NCBI GenBank assembly: GCA_024710875.1
Contig: JANJTX010000143.1
Span: 1-54,530, forward strand
Direction: 5' to 3'
Source of the DNA: Anaerolineales bacterium
GTDB taxonomy: Bacteria > Chloroflexota > Anaerolineae > Anaerolineales > UBA11579
Length of the DNA: 54,530 bases
In this document: positions 25,617-33,936 of the stretch, piece after piece
How the letters are laid out: every line of letters begins with the position of its first letter
Position numbering within the stretch: position 1 is the first letter of the stretch
Notes under the pieces: model-generated
Database searches by the model: none
The model's input: only the letters and a program-made list of their open reading frames with translations
Told to the model about the DNA's origin: nothing
Program-made: the position numbers and the translations under genes

Positions 25617-26360
25617 ATGACCGACCGAACCTACCGCACCCTGCAAGCCTTCATCCTCCTCGGGCTGGGCGTGTACCTCCTCTCCCAGTGGCTTTCCGGC
25701 ACGCTTTATTTTTACATTAACTCCCGCTTCTTCTGGCTGGTTGTCCTGGCCGGCGTTCTGCTCCTGCTGCTCGGGGCGCGGGCCCTGCCCCTGGCCCCCG
25801 AAAGCCCACACGACCATGCGGGCCACGACCATGAGCACCCTTCCCCTATTGGCCGGCGCTGGACTTTACTGCTGGTCGCCCTGCCGCTGCTGCTGGGCGT
25901 ACTGCTACCCGCCCGACCCTTGCAGGCCAGCGCCGTGCAATCCAAGGGCCTCATCCTGGAGGGGTCACTCATTTCCGGCTCGCAGGACCCGCTCGCGCTG
26001 GAGCAGCCCGCCGACCAGCGCACCATTCTGGACTGGATCCGGGCTTTCAACTACTCCCCTGACCCGCAGGAATTTGAAGGCCAAACCGCCGACATCGTGG
26101 GATTCATCCTGCAGGATGACCGCCTCGGGCCGGACCAGGCCCTGCTCGCGCGCTTTACCGTCACCTGCTGCGTGGCAGATGCCTTTGCCATCGGGGTCAT
26201 CATTGAAGGCCCCGGCGTAGCCGACCTGCCCGTCAATGCCTGGGTGCATGTACGCGGCCCGGTCAGCGTGGCCGAGTTGAGCGGCAACCGCCTGCCCCGC
26301 GTGCAGGTGGAAAGCCTCAAACGCGTGGAAGCCCCACCCCAACCCTACCTGTTCCCCTGA
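25617..26360 (+). CDS. TIGR03943/DUF1980 family protein with a His-rich segment
   Basis: Two N-terminal TM helices, a His-rich linker (HDHAGHDHEH), and a C-terminal domain with the family CC motif (FTVTCCVADA). Confidence 0.7.
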   Translation: MTDRTYRTLQAFILLGLGVYLLSQWLSGTLYFYINSRFFWLVVLAGVLLLLLGARALPLAPESPHDHAGHDHEHPSPIGRRWTLLLVALPLLLGVLLPARPLQASAVQSKGLILEGSLISGSQDPLALEQPADQRTILDWIRAFNYSPDPQEFEGQTADIVGFILQDDRLGPDQALLARFTVTCCVADAFAIGVIIEGPGVADLPVNAWVHVRGPVSVAELSGNRLPRVQVESLKRVEAPPQPYLFP

Positions 26361-27716
26361 ATGAAACCCGACCGTTTCGATACCACCGTCTGGGCCGTGG
26401 CCGCCGCCCTGCTGCTGGCGATTGCCAGCCTGTTTCTGGTTTCGCGCTGGCAGGGCGCCCAAATCACCCGCGTGTTCCCCGCCGCGGGCCAGGCCATCGG
26501 CGCCCGCGGGCCGATTCAAATTGTCTTTGCCCAACCGATGCAGCCAGCCAGCGCGGAAGCCGCCTTCGGGCTTGAACCCCCCGTCCCCGGTGTCTTCAGT
26601 TGGCAGGGCCAGACCCTTACCTTCCGGCCAGACCAGCCCCTGTTGCCGGAGCAGGAGTACACCGCCGTGCTCGCCGCTGGCACCCGCGCCGAAGACGGCC
26701 GCGCCACCCGCGCCGAACTGCGCTGGTCGGTGAGTGTTCGGGCGCCGGAATTGCTCGCCCTCGCCCCCAACAGCGCAGACCGCGAAGTCCTGCGGATTGC
26801 CGCCCCGGAAGCAGACCCCCAGCCCCTCACCCAGACCGACGGCCGCGTGTTTGATTTTGGCGTCAGCCCGGACGGCGAATGGCTGGCCTACTCGGTCGTT
26901 AATGAAGAACGCGGCATTGATTTGTGGCTGATGCCCGCCCGCGGCGGCCCGGCGCGGCGCTTCCAGAACTGCGGCCCGGCCCGCTGTACCACCCCCGCCT
27001 TTTCACCGGATGGTACCCGCCTGGCCTTCAGCCGCGCCGAAGCCGGCCTCGGGCCGGATGAACCGATTGGCCCGCCCCGCATCTGGCTGGCCGACCTCGC
27101 CACCGGCCAGGCCGTACGCCTGTTCGCCAACACCGAAAAACTGGGCTACGGCCCGCTCTGGTCGCCAGATGGCACTCACCTCGCCTTTTGGGATGGCGTA
27201 AACAGCCGCCTGGTGGTCATCCACCTTGCCAGCGGGCAGGAAATAACCCTGCCCTCGGTACTGGGTCAGGTCGGCAGTTGGTCACCAGATGGCGGCCGTT
27301 TGGCCTATGCCAACCTCAACCTGGCGCTTGAATCGCCACTGGCGGCCATCTACCTCGCTGACCTGAACAATCAGGACATCCTGCCCCTGCTGGAGGCCCG
27401 CAACCTGCCGGGCGACTACCGCAACCCGGCCTGGTCGCCGGATGGCGAATGGCTGGCGGCTGTTGTCCGCAATGCGGAGTTCAAAGATGAAGTCTGGCTC
27501 CTGCGGCCAGATGGGCTGTTTGCCCTCGCCATCGCCACCGAGCCCGGCTACACCTACCAGTACCTCGCCTGGGACCCCTGGGGTCGCCAGTTGCTCTTCC
27601 AGCGGCTGGCGCTGGGGGTACCTTTCCCGCCGCTTGAAACCCTGGTTTATGACATTGCCACCGGCGAGACAGACCTGTGGCAGGTAGACGGCGGCGCCGC
27701 ACGGTGGCTACCATGA
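26361..27716 (+). CDS. Membrane-anchored Ig-like + PD40/TolB-like beta-propeller repeat protein
   Basis: N-terminal TM helix and a Big/SbsA-like segment. It has at least 5 'SPDG..LA(Y/F)' PD40 repeats. The ATG immediately follows the stop of the preceding gene. Confidence 0.6.
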   Translation: MKPDRFDTTVWAVAAALLLAIASLFLVSRWQGAQITRVFPAAGQAIGARGPIQIVFAQPMQPASAEAAFGLEPPVPGVFSWQGQTLTFRPDQPLLPEQEYTAVLAAGTRAEDGRATRAELRWSVSVRAPELLALAPNSADREVLRIAAPEADPQPLTQTDGRVFDFGVSPDGEWLAYSVVNEERGIDLWLMPARGGPARRFQNCGPARCTTPAFSPDGTRLAFSRAEAGLGPDEPIGPPRIWLADLATGQAVRLFANTEKLGYGPLWSPDGTHLAFWDGVNSRLVVIHLASGQEITLPSVLGQVGSWSPDGGRLAYANLNLALESPLAAIYLADLNNQDILPLLEARNLPGDYRNPAWSPDGEWLAAVVRNAEFKDEVWLLRPDGLFALAIATEPGYTYQYLAWDPWGRQLLFQRLALGVPFPPLETLVYDIATGETDLWQVDGGAARWLP

Positions 27717-27722
27717 CTCAGG

Positions 27723-27728
27723 TATAAT
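27723..27728 (+). promoter_or_regulatory. Consensus -10 box (TATAAT) 6 nt upstream of the Fur-family ATG
   Basis: TATAAT at 27723-27728 and ATG at 27735, with no SD between them. Confidence 0.4.
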
Positions 27729-27734
27729 GCGCGC

Positions 27735-28196
27735 ATGGTTTCCCGCGCCCGCACATCCACTAGCGCCCGCATGTCCACTAGCGCCCGCATCCCGGTCTGG
27801 GAAGACGCCCTGCGCCAGCACGGCTACCGCCTGACCGCCCCGCGCCAGGCGGTGGTCGAAATCGTGGCCGAGTCCGGGCGAGCTCTCAACCCGACTGAAA
27901 TTTATGACCGCGCCCGGGTCGCCTACCCGCGCCTCGGCCTCGTCACCGTCTACCGCACCCTCGAAAAACTGGAAGAACTGCACCTCGTTCAGCGCGTTCA
28001 CCGCCCGGATAACTGCCAGGCCTTCATCGCCGGGGTGGAGGGCCACCAGCACCTGCTCATCTGCCAGAACTGCGGCCGGGTGCAGTATTTCAGCGGCGAC
28101 CAGTTGGAAGCCCTGATCCAACGCGTGGAAGCCGATACCGGCTACCAGGTCCACGACCACTGGCTGCAACTCTTTGGCAAATGCGGCGAGTGTTAG
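27735..28196 (+). CDS. Fur-family metalloregulator (probable Zur)
   Basis: Winged-helix region (YRLTAPRQAVVEIV...TVYRTLEKLEE), an H-x-H, and two CxxC pairs (CQNCG, CGEC). It lies between two putative metal-uptake operons. An alternative start is ATG 27771. Confidence 0.8.
   Translation: MVSRARTSTSARMSTSARIPVWEDALRQHGYRLTAPRQAVVEIVAESGRALNPTEIYDRARVAYPRLGLVTVYRTLEKLEELHLVQRVHRPDNCQAFIAGVEGHQHLLICQNCGRVQYFSGDQLEALIQRVEADTGYQVHDHWLQLFGKCGEC
27745..27790. repeat. 18-bp tandem repeat (2.5 units) inside the 5' end of the Fur-family gene
   Basis: Units are GCGCCCGCACATCCACTA, GCGCCCGCATGTCCACTA and GCGCCCGCAT. They encode ARTSTS/ARMSTS/AR. Confidence 0.85.
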
Positions 28197-28226
28197 TCTC
28201 TGTACTCATCAGACAGGAGTTGGGAA

Positions 28227-28502
28227 ATGGACAATACCACCATCACGCGCTTAAACGCCCTGGCAAAATCAATTGCCCGCTTGGAAAAGAAAGTGGATTT
28301 CATCCTGGCCGAGTTAAAGCTGAACTATGTGGAAGAAACTGACTATCCCCCGGCGCTCGCCGAGGTGGTTGCTCTGATAAAAGATGGCAAAATCGCCTCT
28401 GCTGTAAAAGCCTACATGCAGGCCAGCGCCGTCAGCATGACCGAAGCCAAGGAAGCCGTGGATACGATGGATATGGAAATCAAAAGCCGGGGGAATAGTT
28501 AA
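28227..28502 (+). CDS. Hypothetical small protein with an L7/L12 C-terminal-domain-like segment
   Basis: 91 aa, with AGGAG 8 nt upstream. KIASAVKAYMQASAVSMTEAKEAVD resembles the L7/L12 CTD pattern KI.vIK.vR..tglgLkEAK.lV. GC is lower than in the flanks. Confidence 0.4.
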   Translation: MDNTTITRLNALAKSIARLEKKVDFILAELKLNYVEETDYPPALAEVVALIKDGKIASAVKAYMQASAVSMTEAKEAVDTMDMEIKSRGNS

Positions 28503-28541
28503 AATTAATTCTTCTTACCCTACGCAGCTGCAGGTCAATAT

Positions 28542-29288
28542 TCATCGACTTTCTATTACCCCTCTACGCTCACAAAGCGAACTTACACAACATTCAGAAC
28601 ACAAAGGGTTTGATTCCGAGCACCATGTTCGGCCAATAAACCAGAGCCCGCCATCAATTGCACCCGGATAATCGGGGCTAACCCGTCTGGCCGCATCAAT
28701 TGCAGCGTGGTCATCATTCGCGTGTGCAACGCCAAGTCGATACAGCACTCGCCGGGTATGCACATCCGGCTTAATGTCCATGGTGCGTCTGTCGGCATCA
28801 TCAAACCGGATCGGGAAAGCTTTTTCAATCAACAATACCGTCATATTTGCAATGCCATTTCCAACGCCGTGAATCCGCATAAATGTATGCTTTGCCTCCA
28901 GTGCACTTTTGCCAATCCAAAGGTTGGCGGCATTGCCCTCACATTCCTCAACCACAATGTGTGTCAGGTCGGCCAATGTTTTCGGTGCATCATTAACAAA
29001 GCGTGGTCTTCGTGGCAAAGCAGCAAACACATCTGCGATTTCCTGCGATGACATCTGATGAATTCGATGCGGGTCAAGATGCCCCAAATGTGACTTAATG
29101 TAATATGGGAGAGTCCAGATAACATCTGCCTTCATCCCCCTATCTAAACAGGCGGCAATCGCAAATGCGTAGGGATCAGCCAATACCAATTCCAGCGCTT
29201 CCGGAACCAAAGCCGGAAACAATTCATCAGAATCAAACCTGCTTGCACACTCGACCAGTTTTTCTTTCAAGACATTCAAATCATGCAT
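28542..29288 (-). CDS. HhH-GPD superfamily / 4Fe-4S-loop DNA glycosylase-like protein (orphan, low GC)
   Basis: HhH hairpin (IHGVGNGIANM), a DVHTRRVLYRLG block aligned to Nth VDTHIFRV, and a C-terminal C-x6-C-x2-C-x5-C. Start set at ATG 29288, which has a GGGAGG RBS. Confidence 0.6.
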   Translation of the reverse strand: MHDLNVLKEKLVECASRFDSDELFPALVPEALELVLADPYAFAIAACLDRGMKADVIWTLPYYIKSHLGHLDPHRIHQMSSQEIADVFAALPRRPRFVNDAPKTLADLTHIVVEECEGNAANLWIGKSALEAKHTFMRIHGVGNGIANMTVLLIEKAFPIRFDDADRRTMDIKPDVHTRRVLYRLGVAHANDDHAAIDAARRVSPDYPGAIDGGLWFIGRTWCSESNPLCSECCVSSLCERRGVIESR

Positions 29289-29359
29289 TCCAGCCTCCCA
29301 ACATATTCGCATGCTATTTATTAATCATATTATAGTAGCACAACTCTCATCTCCCGCCC

Positions 29360-29388
29360 TTGACTTAAACCCCCTCCGCCCTTACACT
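29360..29388 (+). promoter_or_regulatory. Candidate sigma70-type promoter (TTGACT-17-TACACT)
   Basis: The spacing is exactly 17 nt. It would give a leader of about 185 nt for the DEAD-box helicase gene. Confidence 0.3.
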
Positions 29389-29577
29389 AGACAAGTTAAT
29401 TCGCCCTTCGGAAGTCCGATTGGCCGGTTGCAGTACCACTGCAATCATGCAACATCCGGCCAACACCATTGGCCGCTGTTCCAGTTTGAGACCCCCTCAA
29501 CCCTAAACATCTGCTGACTTCTGAATATGTGCCGCCGCACACTTGTTGTCGCGTCGCGCACCGACTAAGGAACCTTT

Positions 29578-31062
29578 GTGAACTTCAAAGACTTCAACCT
29601 CGATTCCCGCCTTCAGGCTGGCATCACCCGCGCTGGCTACACCCAGCCGACCCCCATCCAGGTCCAGGGCATCCCGCCCGCCCTGCAGGGGCGTGACCTC
29701 ATCGGCACCGCCCAGACCGGCACCGGCAAAACCGCCGCCTTTGTGCTGCCCATCCTGCACAAACTGTTGCAGGGCCCGCGCAACCAGACCCGCGCCCTCA
29801 TCGTCACCCCCACCCGCGAGCTGGCCCACCAGATTCAGGAAACCATCGGCGTCCTCGCCCATGGCACCGGCCTGCGCGCCGCGACTGTGTTTGGCGGCGT
29901 GAGCGCCGGCCCACAGATTAAAGCCCTCAAGCAGGGTGTCGATATCATCGTCGCCTGCCCCGGCCGCCTGCTGGACCTCATCAACCAGCGCAACGCCAAC
30001 ATGAGCAAAATCGAAATTCTCGTGCTGGACGAAGCCGACCGCATGTTTGACATGGGCTTCCTGCCGGATGTCAAACGCATCCTGAGCCACCTGCCCAGCC
30101 AGCGCCAGAGCATGCTCTTCTCGGCCACCTTCCCGAAGGAAATTGAAGACCTCGGCCGCCAGACCCTGCGCCAGCCGCAGCGCATCGCCGTGGACCTCGG
30201 CGCCCCGGCCCACACCGTCACGCACGCCCTCTACCCGGTGCCTTCGCACCTCAAGAGCCCGCTGCTGATGGAACTGCTCAAGCACACCGATACCAACTCC
30301 GTGCTGATTTTCACCCGCACCAAGCACCGCGCCCAGAAAGTCGCCCGCCAGTTGGAGCAAAGCGGCTACAAAGTCACCGCCCTGCACAGTAACCGCAGCC
30401 AGAACCAGCGCCAGGAAGCCCTGGCCGGCTTCAAGAAGGGCCGCTACCAGATTATGGTCGCCACCGACATCGCCGCCCGCGGCCTGGATATCGAGAGCAT
30501 CTCGCACGTCATTAACTACGACATGCCGGATACCGCCGATGCCTACATCCACCGCATTGGCCGCACCGGCCGCGCCGAGCGCACCGGGGATGCCTTCACC
30601 CTCGTCAGCCCGGAAGACAATGACATGGTACGCATTCTCGAGCGCATCATGAAAGCCCCGCTGCCGCGTGCCACCGTGGAAGGCTTTGACTACAAAGCCC
30701 CGGCCCCGCCGCGCAGCGCCGATGAGCGCCGCCTGCCGAACCCCAACCGGCCGGCCCGCCCCAGCCGCCGCCCGTATGGCGAAGGCCGCTCGGACAACGG
30801 CTCATCCAGCCGTCCGCAGCGCCCGAGCAGCAACACCGCCCGGCCCGCCAGCCATAGCAACGGCAACGGCGCAGACAGCCGCAGCAACAACAACTCACGC
30901 CCGGCCGCCACGGCCGAGGCTGGGTATGGCTCAAACAGCCAGCCCGGCGGCAACCGCCGCCCGGTGCCGGGTTCAGGTGGCCGCCCCGGTGGTCGTCCCA
31001 ACGGCGCGCCGGGTGGCGCCCGCCGGCCGAACCGCACCGGCGCCCGCCGCTCCGGCCGCTAG
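29578..31062 (+). CDS. DEAD-box ATP-dependent RNA helicase (RhlE/CshA-like) with an R/G/S/N/P-rich tail
   Basis: Q-motif (GYTQPTPIQ), AQTGTGKT, DEAD (VLDEADRM), SAT and HRIGRTGR motifs. GTG start with an AAGGAA RBS. The C-terminal tail of about 120 aa is low complexity. Confidence 0.9.
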   Translation: MNFKDFNLDSRLQAGITRAGYTQPTPIQVQGIPPALQGRDLIGTAQTGTGKTAAFVLPILHKLLQGPRNQTRALIVTPTRELAHQIQETIGVLAHGTGLRAATVFGGVSAGPQIKALKQGVDIIVACPGRLLDLINQRNANMSKIEILVLDEADRMFDMGFLPDVKRILSHLPSQRQSMLFSATFPKEIEDLGRQTLRQPQRIAVDLGAPAHTVTHALYPVPSHLKSPLLMELLKHTDTNSVLIFTRTKHRAQKVARQLEQSGYKVTALHSNRSQNQRQEALAGFKKGRYQIMVATDIAARGLDIESISHVINYDMPDTADAYIHRIGRTGRAERTGDAFTLVSPEDNDMVRILERIMKAPLPRATVEGFDYKAPAPPRSADERRLPNPNRPARPSRRPYGEGRSDNGSSSRPQRPSSNTARPASHSNGNGADSRSNNNSRPAATAEAGYGSNSQPGGNRRPVPGSGGRPGGRPNGAPGGARRPNRTGARRSGR

Positions 31063-31080
31063 ACCACACGCTCTCCAACC

Positions 31081-31119
31081 ACACCGCCTCTGCCTGGCAG
31101 GGGCGGTGTTTCTTTAATT
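31081..31119 (+). terminator. Intrinsic terminator after the helicase gene
   Basis: A 12-bp stem (ACACCGCCTCTG/CAGGGGCGGTGT, with one G-U pair) followed by TTCTTTAATT. Confidence 0.55.
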
Positions 31120-31122
31120 CCC

Positions 31123-31150
31123 TTGACACCAGCCGCGGCCTGTATATAAT
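31123..31150 (+). promoter_or_regulatory. Near-consensus promoter TTGACA-16-TATAAT of the znu operon
   Basis: TTGACA at 31123-31128 and TATAAT at 31145-31150. Confidence 0.6.
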
Positions 31151-31152
31151 AA

Positions 31153-31167
31153 TGAAAATCATTTTCA
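31153..31167. promoter_or_regulatory. Zur-box-like perfect 7-1-7 palindrome TGAAAATCATTTTCA
   Basis: A perfect inverted repeat starting 3 nt after the -10 box and covering the expected transcription start. It matches the actinobacterial-type Zur box TGAAAATGATTTTCA at 14 of 15 positions, differing only at the centre. Confidence 0.6.
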
Positions 31168-31184
31168 ATAAGAGAGGCACTCCC

Positions 31185-32171
31185 ATGTCCCACAAACTCC
31201 TGCCCACCCTCCTGATTTTCGCCCTGCTGCTGTCGGCCTGCGCCGTCCCGGCTGCCCCCGCCGCCGGCCTACCGGTCGTCGCGAGCACCACTCTGGTCGG
31301 TGATGTCGTGCGCGTCATCGGCGGCGAGCACATCGCCCTCACCGTCCTGCTGCCGCTCGGTAGCGACCCGCACAGCTTTGAACCCGCCCCGCAGGACCTG
31401 GCCGCGGTGGAGCGCGCCACCCTCGTCTTCCTTAACGGCTTTGGGCTGGAAGAACCGCTGGAAAAAGCCCTGGCCAGCACCTCGGCGACCGTCATCGAAG
31501 TTTCAAGCGGTATTGAGCCGCTGGAATTTGGCGCCGCCCCTGACGACGACCACGATGACGATGACCATGCCGACGATGGTCACGATGATGATGAAGATGA
31601 TGAACACGCCGATGATGGTCACGACGAAGAGCAACACGGACACGGCGAGGACCCGCACGTCTGGATGGACCCGCGCCTCGTGAAAGTGTGGGCTGCCAAC
31701 ATCGCCGAGGCCCTGGCCACCGCCGACCCGGCCCACGCGGATGCCTACCGCGCCAACGCCGCCGCCTACCAGGCCGAACTGGATGCCCTGCACGACTGGA
31801 TTACCGCCGAAGTCGCCGCCATCCCCGCCAGCCAGCGTCTGCTCATCGCCGACCATGATGCGCTCGGCTACTTTGCCGCCGCCTACGGCTTTGAATCGCT
31901 CGGCGCTGTCATCCCCTCCTTCAGCAGCCTGGCCGAACCTTCGGCCAGCGAAATCGCAGCCCTCGAAGACACCATCCGTGCCACCGGCGCGCCGGCCATC
32001 TTTGTGGATAGCGCCGCCAACCCGGCCCTCGCCGAGCGCATCGCCGCCGATACCGGCATCCAGATTGTGCGCCTGTACTCTGGCTCGCTTTCCGAACCCG
32101 GCGGCCCGGCCGCCACCTACCTTGACCTGATGCGCGCCAACGTCACGGCCATCGTCACTGCCCTGAAATAA
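31185..32171 (+). CDS. znuA: Zinc ABC transporter substrate-binding lipoprotein ZnuA with an Asp/His-rich loop
   Basis: Lipoprotein signal (LLLSACA), TroA/ZnuA-fold blocks (DPHSFEP, DPHVWMDP), and an acidic His-rich insert of about 45 aa. Start set at ATG 31185, downstream of the Zur box, with an AGAGAGG RBS. Confidence 0.85.
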   Translation: MSHKLLPTLLIFALLLSACAVPAAPAAGLPVVASTTLVGDVVRVIGGEHIALTVLLPLGSDPHSFEPAPQDLAAVERATLVFLNGFGLEEPLEKALASTSATVIEVSSGIEPLEFGAAPDDDHDDDDHADDGHDDDEDDEHADDGHDEEQHGHGEDPHVWMDPRLVKVWAANIAEALATADPAHADAYRANAAAYQAELDALHDWITAEVAAIPASQRLLIADHDALGYFAAAYGFESLGAVIPSFSSLAEPSASEIAALEDTIRATGAPAIFVDSAANPALAERIAADTGIQIVRLYSGSLSEPGGPAATYLDLMRANVTAIVTALK

Positions 32172-32198
32172 CCGCCCGGCGCGGTACAATCAACTCCC

Positions 32199-33038
32199 AT
32201 GTCTCTCCTTGAACGCCTGCGCGACTTTACCCACCCCGGCGCGCCGCATGCCGACCACGCCCCGTTTGTGCGCCTGCAAAACGTCTCTGCCCACTACGAT
32301 GGCGTCCTCGCTCTGGAAGACATCAGTCTGGAACTGTATGGCGGCGAGCAGGTGGCGGTGGTTGGCCCCAATGGAGCGGGCAAAAGCACGCTTTTCAAAG
32401 TCATCGCTGGCATCCACCCGCCCAGCCGCGGCACGGCCACCATGCGCGGCAGCGACCCGCGCCAGCACATCTGCATCGCCTACCTGCCCCAGCGCACCGA
32501 GGTCGATTGGCGCTTCCCGGTCACCGTGCAGGACGTGGTGATGATGGGGCGCGTCAGCAAAATGGGGCTGTTCCGCCGCCCGCACCCCACCGACTGGCAG
32601 GCCGTCCACGAGTGCCTCGCCCTCGTCAACCTCGAGTCCCTCGCCGCCCGCCAGATTCAGGAACTCTCCGGCGGCCAGCAGCAGCGCATGTTCATCGCCC
32701 AGGCCCTGGCTCAGGAAGCCGAACTACTGATGATGGATGAACCCCTGAATGGCCTGGATGCCCCCAGCCAGGAGGAAGTCTTCAATATCCTCGCCGAACT
32801 CAAACAGCGCCGCGTGACGGTGCTGGTCGCCATGCATGACCTCGGCCTGGCCGCCCGCCGCTTTGACCGCGTCCTGCTACTCAACCGGCGGCTGGTGGGC
32901 TTTGGCCGCCCCGGCGAAGTCTTCACCGAAGCCCACCTGCGCCGCGCCTATGGCGGCCACTTACAGATGGTCGAGACCCCCGAAGGCACGCTCGTCCTCA
33001 ATGACACCTGTTGTGACGATGACGCCCACGCTCACTAA
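32199..33038 (+). CDS. znuC: Metal (zinc) ABC transporter ATP-binding protein
   Basis: Walker A (GPNGAGKST), LSGGQQQR, LLMMDEP and a ZnuC-type length. It has a C-terminal CCDDDAHAH tail. Confidence 0.85.
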   Translation: MSLLERLRDFTHPGAPHADHAPFVRLQNVSAHYDGVLALEDISLELYGGEQVAVVGPNGAGKSTLFKVIAGIHPPSRGTATMRGSDPRQHICIAYLPQRTEVDWRFPVTVQDVVMMGRVSKMGLFRRPHPTDWQAVHECLALVNLESLAARQIQELSGGQQQRMFIAQALAQEAELLMMDEPLNGLDAPSQEEVFNILAELKQRRVTVLVAMHDLGLAARRFDRVLLLNRRLVGFGRPGEVFTEAHLRRAYGGHLQMVETPEGTLVLNDTCCDDDAHAH

Positions 33039-33044
33039 TTAACC

Positions 33045-33881
33045 ATGCTCACCTGGCTGCTCGAACCCCTCACCTTTGCCTTCATGCAGCGCGGCCTGCT
33101 GGCCGCCGCCCTGGTGGGCGTGGTGTGTGCCCTGGTCGGAACGTATGTGGTGTTGCGCGGCATGGCCTTCCTCGGCGATGCCCTGCCGCACGCCATCCTG
33201 CCCGGCGTGGCCGCCGGTTACCTGCTGGGCGGCGGGGCGCGCGGCCCGGTGCTGTGGGGCAGCCTGGTGGCCGCCATCTTCACCGCCCTCGGCATTGGCG
33301 CCCTCACCCGCGGGGCGCGCATCCGCGAAGACTCGGCCATCGGCATCTTCTTCGCCGGCATGTTCGCCCTCGGCATCGCCCTCATTTCCAGCATTCGCTC
33401 CTACGCCGTGGACCTCACCCACTTCCTGTTCGGCAATGTCCTTGGCGTTACTGCCAACGACCTATGGCTGACCGCCGCCCTCGGCGGGCTGGTCATTCTC
33501 GTCATCCTCGCGTTCTACAAAGAATTCATGGTGCTGGCCTTTGACCCGCGCCTCGCCGCCACCCTGCGCCTGCCCACCAACTTTCTTGAAAATCTGCTGC
33601 TGGTGCTGATTGCCCTGACCATCGTCATCGCCCTCCAGACCGTCGGCATCGCCCTGATGGTCGCCATGCTGGTCACGCCCGCCGTCACCGCCAGCCTGCT
33701 CACCCGCCGCCTGCACTGGATGATGGCCCTTGCCGCCGCCATCGCCGCCTTCTCCGGCGTGGCCGGCCTGTACCTCTCGTACTACGCCGGCATCGCCTCC
33801 GGGGCGGCGATTGTGCTGGTCTGCACCGCCTGCTTCCTGGTCGTGTGGGGCGGGCAAAGCCTGCGCCCCCAGCGGGCTTGA
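33045..33881 (+). CDS. znuB: Metal (zinc) ABC transporter permease
   Basis: 278 aa with 8-9 TM helices and ABC-3 family patterning (FLGDALPHAILPGVA). Confidence 0.85.
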   Translation: MLTWLLEPLTFAFMQRGLLAAALVGVVCALVGTYVVLRGMAFLGDALPHAILPGVAAGYLLGGGARGPVLWGSLVAAIFTALGIGALTRGARIREDSAIGIFFAGMFALGIALISSIRSYAVDLTHFLFGNVLGVTANDLWLTAALGGLVILVILAFYKEFMVLAFDPRLAATLRLPTNFLENLLLVLIALTIVIALQTVGIALMVAMLVTPAVTASLLTRRLHWMMALAAAIAAFSGVAGLYLSYYAGIASGAAIVLVCTACFLVVWGGQSLRPQRA

Positions 33882-33887
33882 TATAAT
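33879..33887 (+). promoter_or_regulatory. Extended -10 element (TGATATAAT) overlapping the znuB stop
   Basis: A perfect TGnTATAAT 50 nt upstream of the cytochrome c ATG. A GAAGGAG SD lies at 33922-33928. Confidence 0.4.
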
Positions 33888-33936
33888 CTATTTCAATCCC
33901 CGCCTGTCCCCATCAAATCATTGAAGGAGTCCCTCG

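Noticed and set aside
31152-31184. The ORF-track start (ATG 31152, MKIIFNKRGTP...) for znuA.
   Set aside because: This ATG lies 1 nt after the -10 box and inside the Zur-box palindrome. The ATG at 31185 has an SD and gives a canonical lipoprotein signal peptide.
31540-31650. GAC/GAT/CAC microsatellite-like stretch.
   Set aside because: It encodes the Asp/His-rich metal-binding loop that is characteristic of ZnuA proteins. It is coding low complexity, not a non-coding repeat.
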